This document shows, in pieces, positions 48,408 to 58,935 of a DNA stretch of 64,000 nucleotides. Numbering within the stretch: position 1 is the stretch's first letter; each line of letters starts with the position of its first letter. A model generated the notes under the pieces. That model saw nothing but the letters and a program-made list of their open reading frames with translations, ran no database searches and had not been told where the DNA came from. The DNA comes from an uncultured Rubrivirga sp. (GTDB lineage: Bacteria > Actinomycetota > Actinomycetes > S36-B12): NCBI GenBank assembly GCA_964385255.1, contig CAYLOH010000006.1:9368-73367 (forward strand), given 5' to 3'. Both the position numbers and the translations under genes were made by a program.

Positions 48408-50645
48408 TCAGGCCTGCTGCGACGAGTCCGACGAATCCGTCGAATCGTCGGCCGTGGACGAGCCCTTGTTCTCCAACACCGGGGCGAGGGACAACTTGCC
48501 GCGCTGATCGATCTCCTTGATCTCGACCTGAACCTTGTCGCCCACGTTGAGCACTTCCTCGACGGTGTCGATGCGCTTCTTGTCGGTGAGCTTCTTGATC
48601 TCGGAGATGTGCAGGAGACCGTCCTTGCCGGGCATCAGCGAGACGAATGCACCGAAGTTCGTGGTCTTCACCACGGTTCCCAGGTACCGCTCACCGACCT
48701 CAGGCATGGTCGGGTTGGCGATGTTGTTGATCGCGGTGCGAGCGGCTTCCGCCGACGGTCCGTCGGTGGCACCGATGTAGATGGTGCCGTCGTCCTCGAT
48801 GGTGATGTCCGCACCGGTGTCCTCTTGGATCTGATTGATGATCTTGCCCTTGGGCCCGATCACCTCACCGATCTTGTCGACGGGCACCTTGATGGAGATC
48901 ACTCGTGGCGCGGTCTCGGCCATCTCGTCCGGCGCATCGATTGCCTCGGTCATCACGTCCAGGATCGTCATGCGCGCATCACGTGCCTGCTTGAGTGCAG
49001 CAGCGAGGACGTCGGCGGGGATTCCGTCGAGCTTGGTGTCCAACTGCAACGCGGTAACGAAGTCGCGCGTGCCGGCGACCTTGAAATCCATGTCGCCGAA
49101 GGCGTCCTCGGCCCCGAGGATGTCGGTCAGCGTCACGTACTTCGTGGCACCGTCCACATCACCCGAGATCAAGCCCATCGCAATGCCGGCAACCGGCGCC
49201 TTCAACGGCACGCCGGCGTTGAGCAGCGACATGGTTGACGCACAGACCGAACCCATCGAGGTCGAACCGTTCGACCCGAGCGCCTCCGACACCTGACGGA
49301 TTGCGTACGGGAACTCCTCGCGTGTTGGCAGCACTGGTACCAAGGCACGCTCGGCGAGGGCTCCGTGACCGATCTCGCGGCGCTTGGGGGAACCCACGCG
49401 GCCGGTCTCCCCGGTGCTGTACGGCGGGAAGTTGTAGTTGTGCATGTACCGCTTGCGGTTGTCCGGGTTGAGCGTGTCGAGCATCTGCTCCATGCGCAGC
49501 ATGTTCAAGGTGGTGACACCCAGGATTTGGGTCTCCCCACGCTCGAACAGCGCGGAGCCGTGCGTGCGCGGCAGGATGTCGACCTCGGCGCTGAGCTCGC
49601 GGATGTCCGTGAGACCTCGACCGTCGATGCGCACCTGATCGCGCAGCACCCGATCCCGCACGGCCTTCTTGGTCACGGAACGGAAGGCCGCCGAAATCTC
49701 CTTCTCGCGCCCTTCGAACTGCGGGGCGAGTTCGGTCACTACCCGTTGCTTGATCTCGTCGAGGCGCACTTCGCGGGGAGCCTTCGACACGATGGTCAGC
49801 GCCTCGCGGACGTCGGCCAGGGCCGACCGCTCGACTGCTTCGAACACATCGTCTTGGTAGTCCAGGAAGATGGGGAAATCGGCAACCGGCTTGGCCGCCG
49901 CCTTCGCCAACGTCTGCTGGGCCTCGCACAGCGCGCGAATGAAGGGCTTGGCCGCCTCCAGGCCCGCGCCCACGATCTCCTCCGTCGGAGCCTGCGCACC
50001 CCCGGCGACTAGGTCCACCGTCTTGTCGGTGGCCTCGGCCTCGACCATCATGATCGCAACGTCGTCGTCTGCGATACGACCGGCAACGACCATGTCGAAG
50101 ACGGCGTCCGCAAGTTGTTCGTGGGTCGGGAATGCGACCCACTGTCCGTTGATCAGCGCGATTCGAACGCCGCCCACCGGACCGCTGAATGGCAAGCCAG
50201 CCAACTGCGTCGATGCCGAAGCGCCGTTGATGGCGATGACGTCGTAGAGGTCGTTCGGATTGAGGGACAGCACGGTCACCACGACCTGCACCTCATTGCG
50301 CAGACCGTTGGCGAAGGTCGGCCGCAGCGGACGGTCAATCAACCGGCAGGTGAGGATGGCGTCCTCCGTGGGACGACCCTCGCGGCGGAAGAACGAACCG
50401 GGGATACGACCGACGGAGTACATCCGCTCCTCGACATCGACCGTGAGCGGGAAGAAGTCGAACTGATCCTTGGGATTCTTGGACGCGGTCGTCGCGCTGA
50501 GCAGCAACGTGCCGCCATCGAGCGAGATTGTCACCGACCCGGCGGCCTGTCGGGCCAACCGTCCGGTTTCGAAGGTGATGGTGCGCTTTCCATACGCACC
50601 GTTGTCGATGATGGCTTCAGCCATCGCGATCTGGGAACCCGTCAC
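48408..50645 (-). CDS. pnp: Polyribonucleotide nucleotidyltransferase (PNPase/GPSI)
   Basis: GTG 50645 lies 5 nt after GGAGG. The protein has two RNase PH domains, KH ([19 protein letters not shown]) and S1 ([13 protein letters not shown]). Confidence 0.96.
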   Translation of the reverse strand: MTGSQIAMAEAIIDNGAYGKRTITFETGRLARQAAGSVTISLDGGTLLLSATTASKNPKDQFDFFPLTVDVEERMYSVGRIPGSFFRREGRPTEDAILTCRLIDRPLRPTFANGLRNEVQVVVTVLSLNPNDLYDVIAINGASASTQLAGLPFSGPVGGVRIALINGQWVAFPTHEQLADAVFDMVVAGRIADDDVAIMMVEAEATDKTVDLVAGGAQAPTEEIVGAGLEAAKPFIRALCEAQQTLAKAAAKPVADFPIFLDYQDDVFEAVERSALADVREALTIVSKAPREVRLDEIKQRVVTELAPQFEGREKEISAAFRSVTKKAVRDRVLRDQVRIDGRGLTDIRELSAEVDILPRTHGSALFERGETQILGVTTLNMLRMEQMLDTLNPDNRKRYMHNYNFPPYSTGETGRVGSPKRREIGHGALAERALVPVLPTREEFPYAIRQVSEALGSNGSTSMGSVCASTMSLLNAGVPLKAPVAGIAMGLISGDVDGATKYVTLTDILGAEDAFGDMDFKVAGTRDFVTALQLDTKLDGIPADVLAAALKQARDARMTILDVMTEAIDAPDEMAETAPRVISIKVPVDKIGEVIGPKGKIINQIQEDTGADITIEDDGTIYIGATDGPSAEAARTAINNIANPTMPEVGERYLGTVVKTTNFGAFVSLMPGKDGLLHISEIKKLTDKKRIDTVEEVLNVGDKVQVEIKEIDQRGKLSLAPVLENKGSSTADDSTDSSDSSQQA

Positions 50646-50675
50646 GGGTGCCTCCTGTTTCCGTTTGCGAATACA

Positions 50676-50799
50676 GGGGCGCCCACGGCAGACGTCCGGT
50701 GGCGGTCTTCGATCGAGGCCCCCGGGAGGACGCGCATGCGCGCCTGCCGGCGGGAGCCACTACCGAGGACCGACGACGATGACGCTTCCGTAGCGCCCC
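50676..50799 (-). promoter_or_regulatory. Structured rpsO-pnp leader (candidate Actino-pnp-type autoregulatory stem-loop)
   Basis: The outer pairing is GGGGCGC (50676-82) with GCGCCCC (50793-99). Inner complementary blocks are GGCAG/CTGCC and CCGGTGGC/GCCAC..CCG, with an apical 12-nt palindrome CGCGCATGCGCG (50731-42). It lies within a 220-nt gap. Confidence 0.4.
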
Positions 50800-50865
50800 G
50801 GATCCTTGAGTGGTGTGTCTATTCGATTGTGTGTGAAGTCTGTCGTGTACCGACTGCCGATTCGA

Positions 50866-51135
50866 CTATCGACGGATTCCGACACGCTCGATGATCGAGC
50901 GGTAGCGGTTGATGTCCGTCTTGGTCAGGTACTTGAGCAACCGACGGCGCTGACCCACGAGGATCAACAGCCCACGGCGGCTGTGGTGGTCGTGCGGGTG
51001 AGTCTTCAGGTGCTCGGTGAGTTCGGTGATCCGCTTGGTGAGCAGCGCGATCTGCACCTCGGGGCTACCGGTATCGCCGGGCTTCGTCGCGTATTCCGCG
51101 ATGATCTCGGACTTGGTCTTGGCGTCGAGTGACAT
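50866..51135 (-). CDS. rpsO: 30S ribosomal protein S15
   Basis: 89 aa: [57 protein letters not shown]. Confidence 0.96.
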   Translation of the reverse strand: MSLDAKTKSEIIAEYATKPGDTGSPEVQIALLTKRITELTEHLKTHPHDHHSRRGLLILVGQRRRLLKYLTKTDINRYRSIIERVGIRR

Positions 51136-51239
51136 TCATCTTCCCTTCGGGCGCGCTGGCGAGCCAGCGATGACCGCACCGTGCGGCCTGGACACGAATC
51201 GCCGAGCGCCCGCTCAGCAACCGTCGAGGGTGAAGGCTA

Positions 51240-52142
51240 TCAGGCGGGTTCGGCCACCCCTGCCGCCGTTCGAGCGGCCGCTATGTCGGCCAGCATCTGC
51301 TCGACGAAAGCCCCTTCGCTGTCGAACACCTCTTGACCTCGCAGGCGGTGCGTGAAACCCACTTCGATGCGCCGCCCGTAGAGGTCCAGATCGTCCCGGT
51401 CGATCACATGCGCCTCGATCCGCCGCTCCTTGCCCGAGTACTGCGGGTTGTCCCCCACCGATATCGCGGCAGGCAGTCGCGGGGAGTCCCCCTCCAGCAC
51501 CCGCACCCAGCCGGCGTAGACGCCATCGGCCGGCGCCGCCCGGTCGGGCGTCACGACGATGTTCGCCGTGGGTACGCCCAGGAGACGTCCTCGATGATCG
51601 CCGTGCACCACCTCGCCCCGGTAGGTGAAGGGACGCCCCAGTACGAAGGCGACCTGCGTGAGATCACCGTCGGCGAGCGCTTGGCGCACCCGGCTGGACG
51701 AGAAACGAGACTCGTCACCGCGCAAGGGCAACGCATGCACGCCGAAACCCAACTGCCCACCGAGGGAGCGAAGCGTGGTCACATCACCAGCGGCACCTCG
51801 ACCGAATCGGAAGTTCTCACCGACGACCACTTCCGTCGCACCCGTTCTGCCGACGATGAATTCCTCGGTGAACTCTCGCGGTGTCACATGACTCAACTCC
51901 ACGGTGAAGGGAACGACGACCACGTCGTCCACCCCCGATTCACGCAGGGCGTCGATGCGTTCGTCCAAGGTCGCCAACATCACCGGAGCGAACTCCGGAT
52001 CCAGGACGCGACGCGGGTGGGGATCGAATGTCATCGCGACCACCTCGCCGTCTCCGGCCAGAGCCCTCGCCTGCGCGATCACCGCCTGATGTCCGCGATG
52101 AACTCCATCGAAGACTCCGATGATCGCCACCCGTGTCGTCAC
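51240..52142 (-). CDS. ribF: Bifunctional riboflavin kinase / FMN adenylyltransferase
   Basis: GTG 52142 (VTTRVAIIGVFDGVHRGHQ). The kinase part has GVPTANI and EAHVID. Confidence 0.9.
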   Translation of the reverse strand: MTTRVAIIGVFDGVHRGHQAVIAQARALAGDGEVVAMTFDPHPRRVLDPEFAPVMLATLDERIDALRESGVDDVVVVPFTVELSHVTPREFTEEFIVGRTGATEVVVGENFRFGRGAAGDVTTLRSLGGQLGFGVHALPLRGDESRFSSSRVRQALADGDLTQVAFVLGRPFTYRGEVVHGDHRGRLLGVPTANIVVTPDRAAPADGVYAGWVRVLEGDSPRLPAAISVGDNPQYSGKERRIEAHVIDRDDLDLYGRRIEVGFTHRLRGQEVFDSEGAFVEQMLADIAAARTAAGVAEPA

Positions 52143-52153
52143 GAGAGGGAAGC

Positions 52154-53056
52154 CTAGGTCCCGTCCGCGGCACGGGGGAAAACCGCGAGGTAGCGAGGAC
52201 CAGGCTCCACGACGGCCACCAGATCCTCCCCCGGCCCGATGAGTGCCACCACCGGTGCATCCGGTAGCTCCATGGTCAAGGTCGATCCGTGTCGGGCGCG
52301 CGCCGCTTCTGCTTCGCCGATGTCGATGACCGGCAACTCCCGACGGGCGAAGGCAGCCGGACTCACCACGTTCTCGATGCCTACATCGTCCAGGTCGATG
52401 CACTCGGACACCGCGACACCGCCGGATCGACTTCGCCGCAAAGCCGTCAGGTGTCCGCCCACGTGCAGCGCCGCCCCGAGATCGCGCGCGAGAGCGCGCA
52501 CATAGGTTCCCGCCGAACACTCGACGCGCACATCCACGTCGATGGATTGCCCGGCACGACGAATGTCCACCACGTCGAAGGTCGAGACGGTCACATTGCG
52601 TTCCGGCAACTCGACGTCTTCGCCAGATCGAACGCGCTCATACGCGCGTTTGCCGTCGATCTTGACCGCACTCACCGCGCTCGGGCGCTGCGCGATGGTG
52701 CCGATGAATCCGCCGATCGCTTCGGTCACCCTCTCATCGGTGATGGCTGCCAGGGCCGCAGTGTCCGCGGCGGCGATCAGTGCACCCTCGCGATCATCCG
52801 TCGTCGTGGTCGACCCCAATCGAATGGTCGCCTCGTACTCCTTGTCGTGCGCGCCGACGATGCCGAGCAGTCGCGTGCTCGCCCCGACGCCCACCACCAG
52901 AACACCGGTGGCCATCGGATCCAAAGTTCCCGCGTGGCCGACGCGCCGCATGCCGAGGGCCTTACGTGTCCGACCCACGACGTCGTGCGAGGTCAATCCT
53001 GATGGCTTGTCGATCAGCAGCACTCCGCTGATGGCTGGATCGTCCTGACGCTTCAT
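52154..53056 (-). CDS. truB: tRNA pseudouridine(55) synthase
   Basis: GVLLIDKPSGLTSHDVV, GHAGTLDPMATGVL. Confidence 0.93.
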   Translation of the reverse strand: MKRQDDPAISGVLLIDKPSGLTSHDVVGRTRKALGMRRVGHAGTLDPMATGVLVVGVGASTRLLGIVGAHDKEYEATIRLGSTTTTDDREGALIAAADTAALAAITDERVTEAIGGFIGTIAQRPSAVSAVKIDGKRAYERVRSGEDVELPERNVTVSTFDVVDIRRAGQSIDVDVRVECSAGTYVRALARDLGAALHVGGHLTALRRSRSGGVAVSECIDLDDVGIENVVSPAAFARRELPVIDIGEAEAARARHGSTLTMELPDAPVVALIGPGEDLVAVVEPGPRYLAVFPRAADGT

Positions 53057-53529
53057 CAGTTCGTGGCTTCGTTACCTTCGACGTGGTCGTGCTCGTGTTC
53101 GTGTTCGTGCTCGTCCGCATGCCGGTAGGGATCGGGGTCACCGGCGAATTGCGCATGCGCCGCCTGCGCGTGCACGGCGGCGTCGGCGGCCGCGGCCTGC
53201 GCGAGCAACTCCTCCACGTGGCGGGCATTCTCCGGAACCGCGTCGGGTATGAACTCCAGCGTGGGCGTGAACTTGATGCCCGTCTGCTTGCCCACTTCGC
53301 TGCGGATGACACCCGACGCGGACGCTAAGGCGGCCGCCGTGGCTGCCTGTTCGTCGGCGTCGCCCAACACCGTGTAGAAGATCGATGCTTCACGAAGATC
53401 CGGTGTCACCCGGACATCGGTGATCGTCACGAACCCCAGCCGCGGATCCTTGATGCGCAACTCGAGCATCTCGGCCACGATGTGCTGGATGCGTTCGGCC
53501 AAGCGGCGCTGACGGGCGACGTTCGCCAT
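53056..53529 (-). CDS. rbfA: Ribosome-binding factor A, with a His/Glu-rich C-terminal tail
   Basis: [14 protein letters not shown]...[17 protein letters not shown], with the tail [16 protein letters not shown]. Confidence 0.92.
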   Translation of the reverse strand: MANVARQRRLAERIQHIVAEMLELRIKDPRLGFVTITDVRVTPDLREASIFYTVLGDADEQAATAAALASASGVIRSEVGKQTGIKFTPTLEFIPDAVPENARHVEELLAQAAAADAAVHAQAAHAQFAGDPDPYRHADEHEHEHEHDHVEGNEATN

Positions 53530-53580
53530 GGCTACTCCCCTTCGACGGACTTCGGTACGAGATGGAACGAACCCAGCGGA

Positions 53581-56358
53581 CTAGGACGGCCGCGGCTTCT
53601 CGCGCATCTCGAAAGTCTCGATGACGTCGTCGACCTTCACGTCCTGGTACGAACCGAGGTTGATACCGCACTCGAATCCTTCGCGGACTTCGGTGACGTC
53701 GTCCTTGAAGCGACGCAGGGTCGCGATCGAGAGGTTGTCGGCCACTACGGCACCGTCGCGGATCAATCGCGCCTTGGCGTTGCGCTTGACCTCACCGGAC
53801 TGAACGAGACAGCCGGCGATGGTGCCGAACTTGGAGGACTTGAACACCTCGCGTACCTGCGCGGTGCCCAACTGCACTTCCTCGTACTCGGGCTTGAGCA
53901 TGCCCTTCAGCGCTGCCTCGATCTCGTCGATCGCCTGGTAGATGACGCTGTAGTAGCGAACATCCACGCCTTCGGACGACGCGAACTCGGCGACCTTGCC
54001 CTCGGGGCGCACGTTGAAGCCGATGATGATCGCCTTCGATGCGCTCGCGAGGGTGACGTCGTTCTTGGTGATCGCGCCGACTCCGCGGTGGATGACCCGA
54101 AGGTTGACGTCGTCGCCCACCTCGATCTTGGTGAGCGCATCCTCGAGTGCCTCCACCGAACCAGACACGTCGCCCTTGATGATCAACGTGAGGTCCTGCA
54201 CCTCGCCCTTCTCCAAGGACTCCAGGAAGTCCTCGAGCGATCGCTTGACACGATTCTTGGCCAACAGCGCATTGCGCTCGCGCGCTTGACGTGTTTGCGC
54301 GATGTGGCGCGCGGTGCGGTCCTCATCGACGACCAGGAAGGAATCACCGGCTCCGGGCACCGACGTCAAGCCGAGCACCTGCACCGGCGTGGAGGGACCA
54401 GCCTCCTCCACCGGGTTACCAGCGTCGTCGAGCATCGCGCGCACGCGACCGAAGGCGTCGCCCGCGACGATCGAATCTCCCTGGCGCAGCGTTCCGCGCT
54501 GAACCAGAACCGTCGCCACCGGGCCGCGTCCGCGGTCCAAGTGGGCTTCGATCGCCACACCCTGGGCGTCCTGATGTGGGTTCGCACGCAACTCCAAGGC
54601 CGCGTCCGCGGTGAGCAGCACGGCTTCGAGGAGTTGATCGATGCCCTTGCTCTGCAACGCCGACACGTCCACGAACATGGTGTCGCCGCCAAAGTCCTCG
54701 GCGACAAGCCCGTATTCGGTGAGTTGGCTGCGCACCTTCATCGGGTCCGCGCCTTCCTTATCGACCTTGTTGACCGCCACCACGATCGGCACCTCAGCGG
54801 CTTGCGCGTGGTTCAACGCTTCGATGGTCTGGGGCTTCACGCCGTCGTCGGCCGCGACCACCAAGATCGCGATGTCGGTCACCTTGGCGCCACGCGCACG
54901 CATGGCGGTGAACGCCTCGTGACCGGGGGTGTCGATGAAGGTCAGGAGACGGTCTCCATCCGCCGTGTGCGCGGCGGCCTGGTACGCGCCGATGTGCTGA
55001 GTGATGCCCCCTGCTTCGCCGCTGACCACGTTGGTCTTGCGGATCGCATCGAGCAGCTTCGTCTTGCCGTGATCGACGTGGCCCATGACGGTGACGACCG
55101 GAGGACGAGGCATCAGATCGACGTCCTCACCCTCGTCCTCGCCGAATTCCAGATCGAAGGACTCGAGCAGTTCGCGATCCTCGTCTTCGGGCGAGACGAC
55201 CTGGACGTCGAAGTTCAACTCGTTACCCAGCAGCATCAACGTGTCGTCGTCGATCGACTGGGTTGCGGTGACCATCTCGCCCAGGCCGATCAGGACCTTG
55301 ACCAGATCGGCCGGTGCCGCATCGATCTTCTCGGCGAAATCGGTCAGCGACGCACCACGCGGCAACCGGACGGTCTCCCCGCCTCCACGCGGGAGCCGGA
55401 CGCCACCGAGGGTCGGCGCCTCCATGTTGTCGAATTCCTGGCGCTTGGCGCGCTTGGACTTGCGTCCGCGTGAGGGGCGACCCCCGGGCTTGCCGAAGGC
55501 ACCCGCGGTGCTGCCGCGTCCACCCGGACGTCCGCCGAATCCGCCGCGTCCACCCGGTCCACCGGGACCACCGGGTCCTCCCGGTCCACCGGGACCACCG
55601 GGTCCTCCCGGTCCGCCGGGTCCTCCCGGCCCACCGGGACCGCGTCCACGACCCGGGGCGAACCCGGTACGTCCACCCGGACCTCCACCGGGGAAGCCGC
55701 CGGGACGGCCACCGGGACGGCCGCCTGGGCCGCCCGGGCCACCCGGACCGCCGGGTCCGCCGGGGCCGCCGGGGCCGCGTCCACGCATGGTCGATGGGTT
55801 GGGGCGGGGGGCGCCGGGCACACCAGCGCCGCGACCCATCCCCGAGCCACTACCGAACGGGTTGTTACCCGGGCGAGGGACGCCGGGACGCGCAGGTGGT
55901 CGGGGGCCGGCCGGCGGGGCCGGACGCGCGGCACCGGTGCCGAAGGGGTTGTTGCCCGGGCGGGGGCCCGCCGGCGGGGCCGGACGGGGACCGGCCGCAG
56001 GCGCGATCGGCGGCGCTGTGGGAGCTGTGGGCGCTGCGGGGGTGACGGGTGCCACCGGCGCGGACGGCGGGGTGGTCATCTGCGGCGCGGACGGCGGCTG
56101 CTCGGTGGGTGCGGGCTGCTCGGTGGGTGCGGGCTGCTCGGCAGCCGGCGCCGACTGCTTGGCCGCGGCCTTCTTGGCGGTCTTCTTGGCCGGCTTCTCG
56201 ACGGCCGGCATCGCTTCGACCAGGCGCCGGGCTACCGGCGCCTCGATGGTGGAGGATGCGGAGCGGACGAATTCGCCCATCTCCTGCAATTTGGCAAGGA
56301 CGACCTTGCTCTCGACTCCGAGCTCCTTTGCGAGCTCGTAGACCCGAACCTTGGACAC
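53581..56358 (-). CDS. infB: Translation initiation factor IF-2
   Basis: GTG 56358 follows a CAGGAGAG Shine-Dalgarno. The sequence is [14 protein letters not shown]..., then a Pro/Gly-rich N-domain and a G-domain ([17 protein letters not shown]). Confidence 0.97.
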   Translation of the reverse strand: MSKVRVYELAKELGVESKVVLAKLQEMGEFVRSASSTIEAPVARRLVEAMPAVEKPAKKTAKKAAAKQSAPAAEQPAPTEQPAPTEQPPSAPQMTTPPSAPVAPVTPAAPTAPTAPPIAPAAGPRPAPPAGPRPGNNPFGTGAARPAPPAGPRPPARPGVPRPGNNPFGSGSGMGRGAGVPGAPRPNPSTMRGRGPGGPGGPGGPGGPGGPGGRPGGRPGGFPGGGPGGRTGFAPGRGRGPGGPGGPGGPGGPGGPGGPGGPGGPGGPGGRGGFGGRPGGRGSTAGAFGKPGGRPSRGRKSKRAKRQEFDNMEAPTLGGVRLPRGGGETVRLPRGASLTDFAEKIDAAPADLVKVLIGLGEMVTATQSIDDDTLMLLGNELNFDVQVVSPEDEDRELLESFDLEFGEDEGEDVDLMPRPPVVTVMGHVDHGKTKLLDAIRKTNVVSGEAGGITQHIGAYQAAAHTADGDRLLTFIDTPGHEAFTAMRARGAKVTDIAILVVAADDGVKPQTIEALNHAQAAEVPIVVAVNKVDKEGADPMKVRSQLTEYGLVAEDFGGDTMFVDVSALQSKGIDQLLEAVLLTADAALELRANPHQDAQGVAIEAHLDRGRGPVATVLVQRGTLRQGDSIVAGDAFGRVRAMLDDAGNPVEEAGPSTPVQVLGLTSVPGAGDSFLVVDEDRTARHIAQTRQARERNALLAKNRVKRSLEDFLESLEKGEVQDLTLIIKGDVSGSVEALEDALTKIEVGDDVNLRVIHRGVGAITKNDVTLASASKAIIIGFNVRPEGKVAEFASSEGVDVRYYSVIYQAIDEIEAALKGMLKPEYEEVQLGTAQVREVFKSSKFGTIAGCLVQSGEVKRNAKARLIRDGAVVADNLSIATLRRFKDDVTEVREGFECGINLGSYQDVKVDDVIETFEMREKPRPS
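55500..55800 (-). repeat. Coding low-complexity tandem repeats ([11 protein letters not shown]) inside infB
   Basis: Runs of ccaccgggwcc/ccgggtcc 9-bp units encode (GPG)n blocks. This is a coding repeat and does not resemble a CRISPR array. Confidence 0.8.
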
Positions 56359-56493
56359 AACTCTCCTGTCTGGGTCCGGGCCATGCCCGGACGGTTAGAA
56401 CGAACGCTGCATGTTCATGCTCGCGCGCTCATTGGGTGTTCATCTCCGTGCCACTCCTTCGTGGGCGTTCATTACATGCGGACGGTACAACCT

Positions 56494-56775
56494 CTACTCG
56501 AGGAGCTGCGCACGCACCTGCGTCATGTCGATGCCGGCACCCGGTCCGACGCGCAGCGCCCGGGCCAGGGCCCGCCGCGCTACGGCCTGATCGATGCACT
56601 CCGCCCGGGGGTGGATATGAGCTCCGCGTCCCGGGAGGCTCCGGTCGTAGTCGACGACGCACCCACCGGTGGGGTCGGCCACGAGGCGGATCAGCCTCGA
56701 CACCGGCTCTCGGGATCGACACCCGATGCACGTGCGAACAGGGCCGCGTGCGTCCCCCGAGGAACCGGACCCCAA
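56494..56775 (-). CDS. ylxR: YlxR family (DUF448) RNA-binding protein
   Basis: PVRTCIGCRSREPVSRLIRLV...DYDRSLPGRGAHIHP. TTG 56775 lies 2 nt after the nusA stop. Upstream in-frame codons overlap nusA. Confidence 0.75.
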   Translation of the reverse strand: MGSGSSGDARGPVRTCIGCRSREPVSRLIRLVADPTGGCVVDYDRSLPGRGAHIHPRAECIDQAVARRALARALRVGPGAGIDMTQVRAQLLE

Positions 56776-56777
56776 GT

Positions 56778-57797
56778 CTACCCGCTCTCCGTGGGCCCCT
56801 CGGCCGTCGCAGCGACCGGGCCGCTTCCCGCGGTGCCTCCGTCGGGGCGGATGTCGATGCGCCAACCGGTGAGCCGGGCTGCCAGCCGGGCGTTCTGCCC
56901 CTCCCTGCCGATGGCCAGCGAGAGCTGGTAATCGGGCACGAGCACGCGGGCGGCCTTAGCGTTCGCGTCGACGATCTGCACCGCGCTCACCCGCGCCGGG
57001 GACAGCGCGTGCGCGATCATCTCGGCCGGATCGTCGCTGTGGTCGACGATGTCGATCTTCTCGCCACCGAGTTCGCTCATCACGTGCCGAACGCGTTGTC
57101 CTTGGGGACCGATGCAGGCGCCCTTGGCGTTGACCTCGGCCGAATGCGAGCGCACCGCGATCTTCGTTCGATGACCGGCCTCGCGCGCGATCGCGGTGAT
57201 GTCCACGGTGCCGTCGGCGATCTCGGGGACCTCCAAGGCGAACAGCGCCTTAACCAGTCCCGGATGCGTGCGGGAGATGGTCACCACCGGACCCTTGAAG
57301 CCGCGGCGCACACCCGTGACCAGGCACTTGATGCGCTCCCCATGCGCGTAGGTCTCACCGGGCACCTGCTCCTCCGGCGGCAGGTTCGCCTCCACCTTGC
57401 CCAGGTCCACCCGAACCATCCGCGGGTTGTTCGACTGCTGGATCACCCCGGACACCAGGTCGCCTTCACGACCGGTGAATTCGTTCATCGTGGCGTCGCC
57501 CTCTGCCTCGCGCAGTCGGGACAGCAGCACCTGACGGGCGGTCGTCGCGGCGATGCGCCCGAAACCGTCGGGGGTGTCGTCGAATTCCCGGACGGTCTCA
57601 CCGTCCTCGTTCACCTCCGCCGCCCAGACGGTCACGTGACCGCTCTTTCGATCCAGTTGCACACGCGAGCGCTCCGACGAACCCTCGGTTCGCTGGTAGG
57701 CGACCAGGAGCGCGGCTTCGATCGTCTCGACGACCAGGTCCAAGGACAGGTCCTTCTCCCGGACCAGAGCCTTCAGTGCGTTCACGTCGATGTCCAT
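56778..57797 (-). CDS. nusA: Transcription termination/antitermination factor NusA
   Basis: 339 aa with an N-domain, S1 (GDLVSGVIQQ) and two KH domains (CIGPQGQRV, AIGREGQNARLAARLTGWRIDI). Confidence 0.96.
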   Translation of the reverse strand: MDIDVNALKALVREKDLSLDLVVETIEAALLVAYQRTEGSSERSRVQLDRKSGHVTVWAAEVNEDGETVREFDDTPDGFGRIAATTARQVLLSRLREAEGDATMNEFTGREGDLVSGVIQQSNNPRMVRVDLGKVEANLPPEEQVPGETYAHGERIKCLVTGVRRGFKGPVVTISRTHPGLVKALFALEVPEIADGTVDITAIAREAGHRTKIAVRSHSAEVNAKGACIGPQGQRVRHVMSELGGEKIDIVDHSDDPAEMIAHALSPARVSAVQIVDANAKAARVLVPDYQLSLAIGREGQNARLAARLTGWRIDIRPDGGTAGSGPVAATAEGPTESG

Positions 57798-58258
57798 CAG
57801 CCCTCCTCCCGTTCCTTCGAGAACTCCACTTGCACGACGGCACGGCGTACGGACGGGTAGTCGACCTTGCGCGGTTGCCCGTTCACCTCGAGCGTCACCG
57901 ACGCCTCGTCGCTGCCGACTATTCGGCCGGTCACGGATGATCCGTCGACCAGGTCAACCGCCACCAACCGGTCGCGGCCCCGACGCCAATGCCGGGGCTC
58001 GGTCAGCGGCCGGTCCACCCCCGGGCTCGACACTTCCAAGACGTACGGCGACGACGAAACATCGGGGTGCTCATCCAGTGCGGACGACAGCGCACTCGAC
58101 ACCTCGGCGATGGCATCCAAACCGACGCCGCCATCGGCGTCGACGATCACGGTCACCTTCTCGCGGCGACCGACCTTCTCGATCGCGAGGTCCTCCAGAT
58201 CCAAACCCGCACCGGCGACGACGGGTTCGATGACCGGTCGCAAACGCTCGATCGACAT
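57797..58258 (-). CDS. rimP: Ribosome maturation factor RimP
   Basis: ATG 58258 (MSIERLRPVIEPVVAGAGLDLEDL...), with LEVSSPGVDRPL. It overlaps the nusA start by 1 nt. Confidence 0.88.
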   Translation of the reverse strand: MSIERLRPVIEPVVAGAGLDLEDLAIEKVGRREKVTVIVDADGGVGLDAIAEVSSALSSALDEHPDVSSSPYVLEVSSPGVDRPLTEPRHWRRGRDRLVAVDLVDGSSVTGRIVGSDEASVTLEVNGQPRKVDYPSVRRAVVQVEFSKEREEG

Positions 58259-58383
58259 GCTTTCCACGGACACGGCGGCCCTTTCGTCCCTGGGGCAAGA
58301 TCCTGTTGTCGGTGCAGTTGTTCGTGCGGGTGGAACCTTCTCGAGTGTAACCGCTCGAAGCGACGCCATGGCAGGCTTGTCGG

Positions 58384-58935
58384 GTGCCACCAGCATTCCC
58401 CGACGTGCTCCCGGAGGACCTCCCGGGCCTTACCCGGCGCGAGGGCTTGCCGCGACGGACACTGCTCAGCGCAGCCACCGCCGTCGCCGGACTCGCAAGC
58501 GTCGCCGGCTTGGCCGCCTGCGGGTCCGACCAACCCGCGCCCGAAGCGATCGAGATCAAGCCGAGCGCACCGGAGCCACCGGATGGGAACCTGCTCGATG
58601 AACTCGCACTGATCGGCGCGTACCTGGGGGTCATCGACGCCTTTCCCCAAGTGCGCGGCTCGCTCACCACTATCGCCGACCAGCACCGAGCCCACGCGAG
58701 CGAACTCGGCGCCTCGCCCGAGCAACTCGATGGGGTCACGGCGATCGTCCCGGCGGCCGTCGCCTTGCGGCCCGCCATCGCGGAGTTGATCGCGCGGGAG
58801 AAGGCCGCAGCTGCGTTGCGAGCCGACTCGGCGCTGATCGCCCCCGACTCCGACCTGGTTCGCGCATTGACGTTCATCGCCGCATCGGAGTCCTCGCACA
58901 TCGTCGAGTTGCGCGACGTGCGGGCGGGCACGTGA
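58384..58935 (+). CDS. DUF4439 (ferritin-like) Tat-signal lipoprotein
   Basis: The twin-arginine motif RRTLLSAATAVAGLASVAGLAAC carries a lipobox. The C-terminal part is a helical ferritin-like domain. Confidence 0.7.
   Translation: MPPAFPDVLPEDLPGLTRREGLPRRTLLSAATAVAGLASVAGLAACGSDQPAPEAIEIKPSAPEPPDGNLLDELALIGAYLGVIDAFPQVRGSLTTIADQHRAHASELGASPEQLDGVTAIVPAAVALRPAIAELIAREKAAAALRADSALIAPDSDLVRALTFIAASESSHIVELRDVRAGT

Noticed and set aside
51141-51239. The hairpin CGCTGGC-GA-GCCAGCG upstream of rpsO, considered as an S15 autoregulatory leader.
   Set aside because: The loop is only 2 nt, and I cannot verify a pseudoknot or three-way junction by eye. Support is insufficient to call it.
55500-55800. 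Highly repetitive 9-bp units, considered as a CRISPR or VNTR-like array.
   Set aside because: The repeats are in frame inside infB and encode the usual actinobacterial IF-2 Gly/Pro-rich N-domain. There is no spacer-repeat architecture.
53482-56341. Long plus-strand ORFs of 663 aa and 418 aa, the latter consisting of Pro/Gly repeats.
   Set aside because: Both are antisense to infB. The PGP repeats mirror the IF-2 GPG repeats.
56049-57860. A 603-aa plus-strand ORF.
   Set aside because: It is antisense to ylxR and nusA, Arg/Pro-rich, and has no domain signatures.
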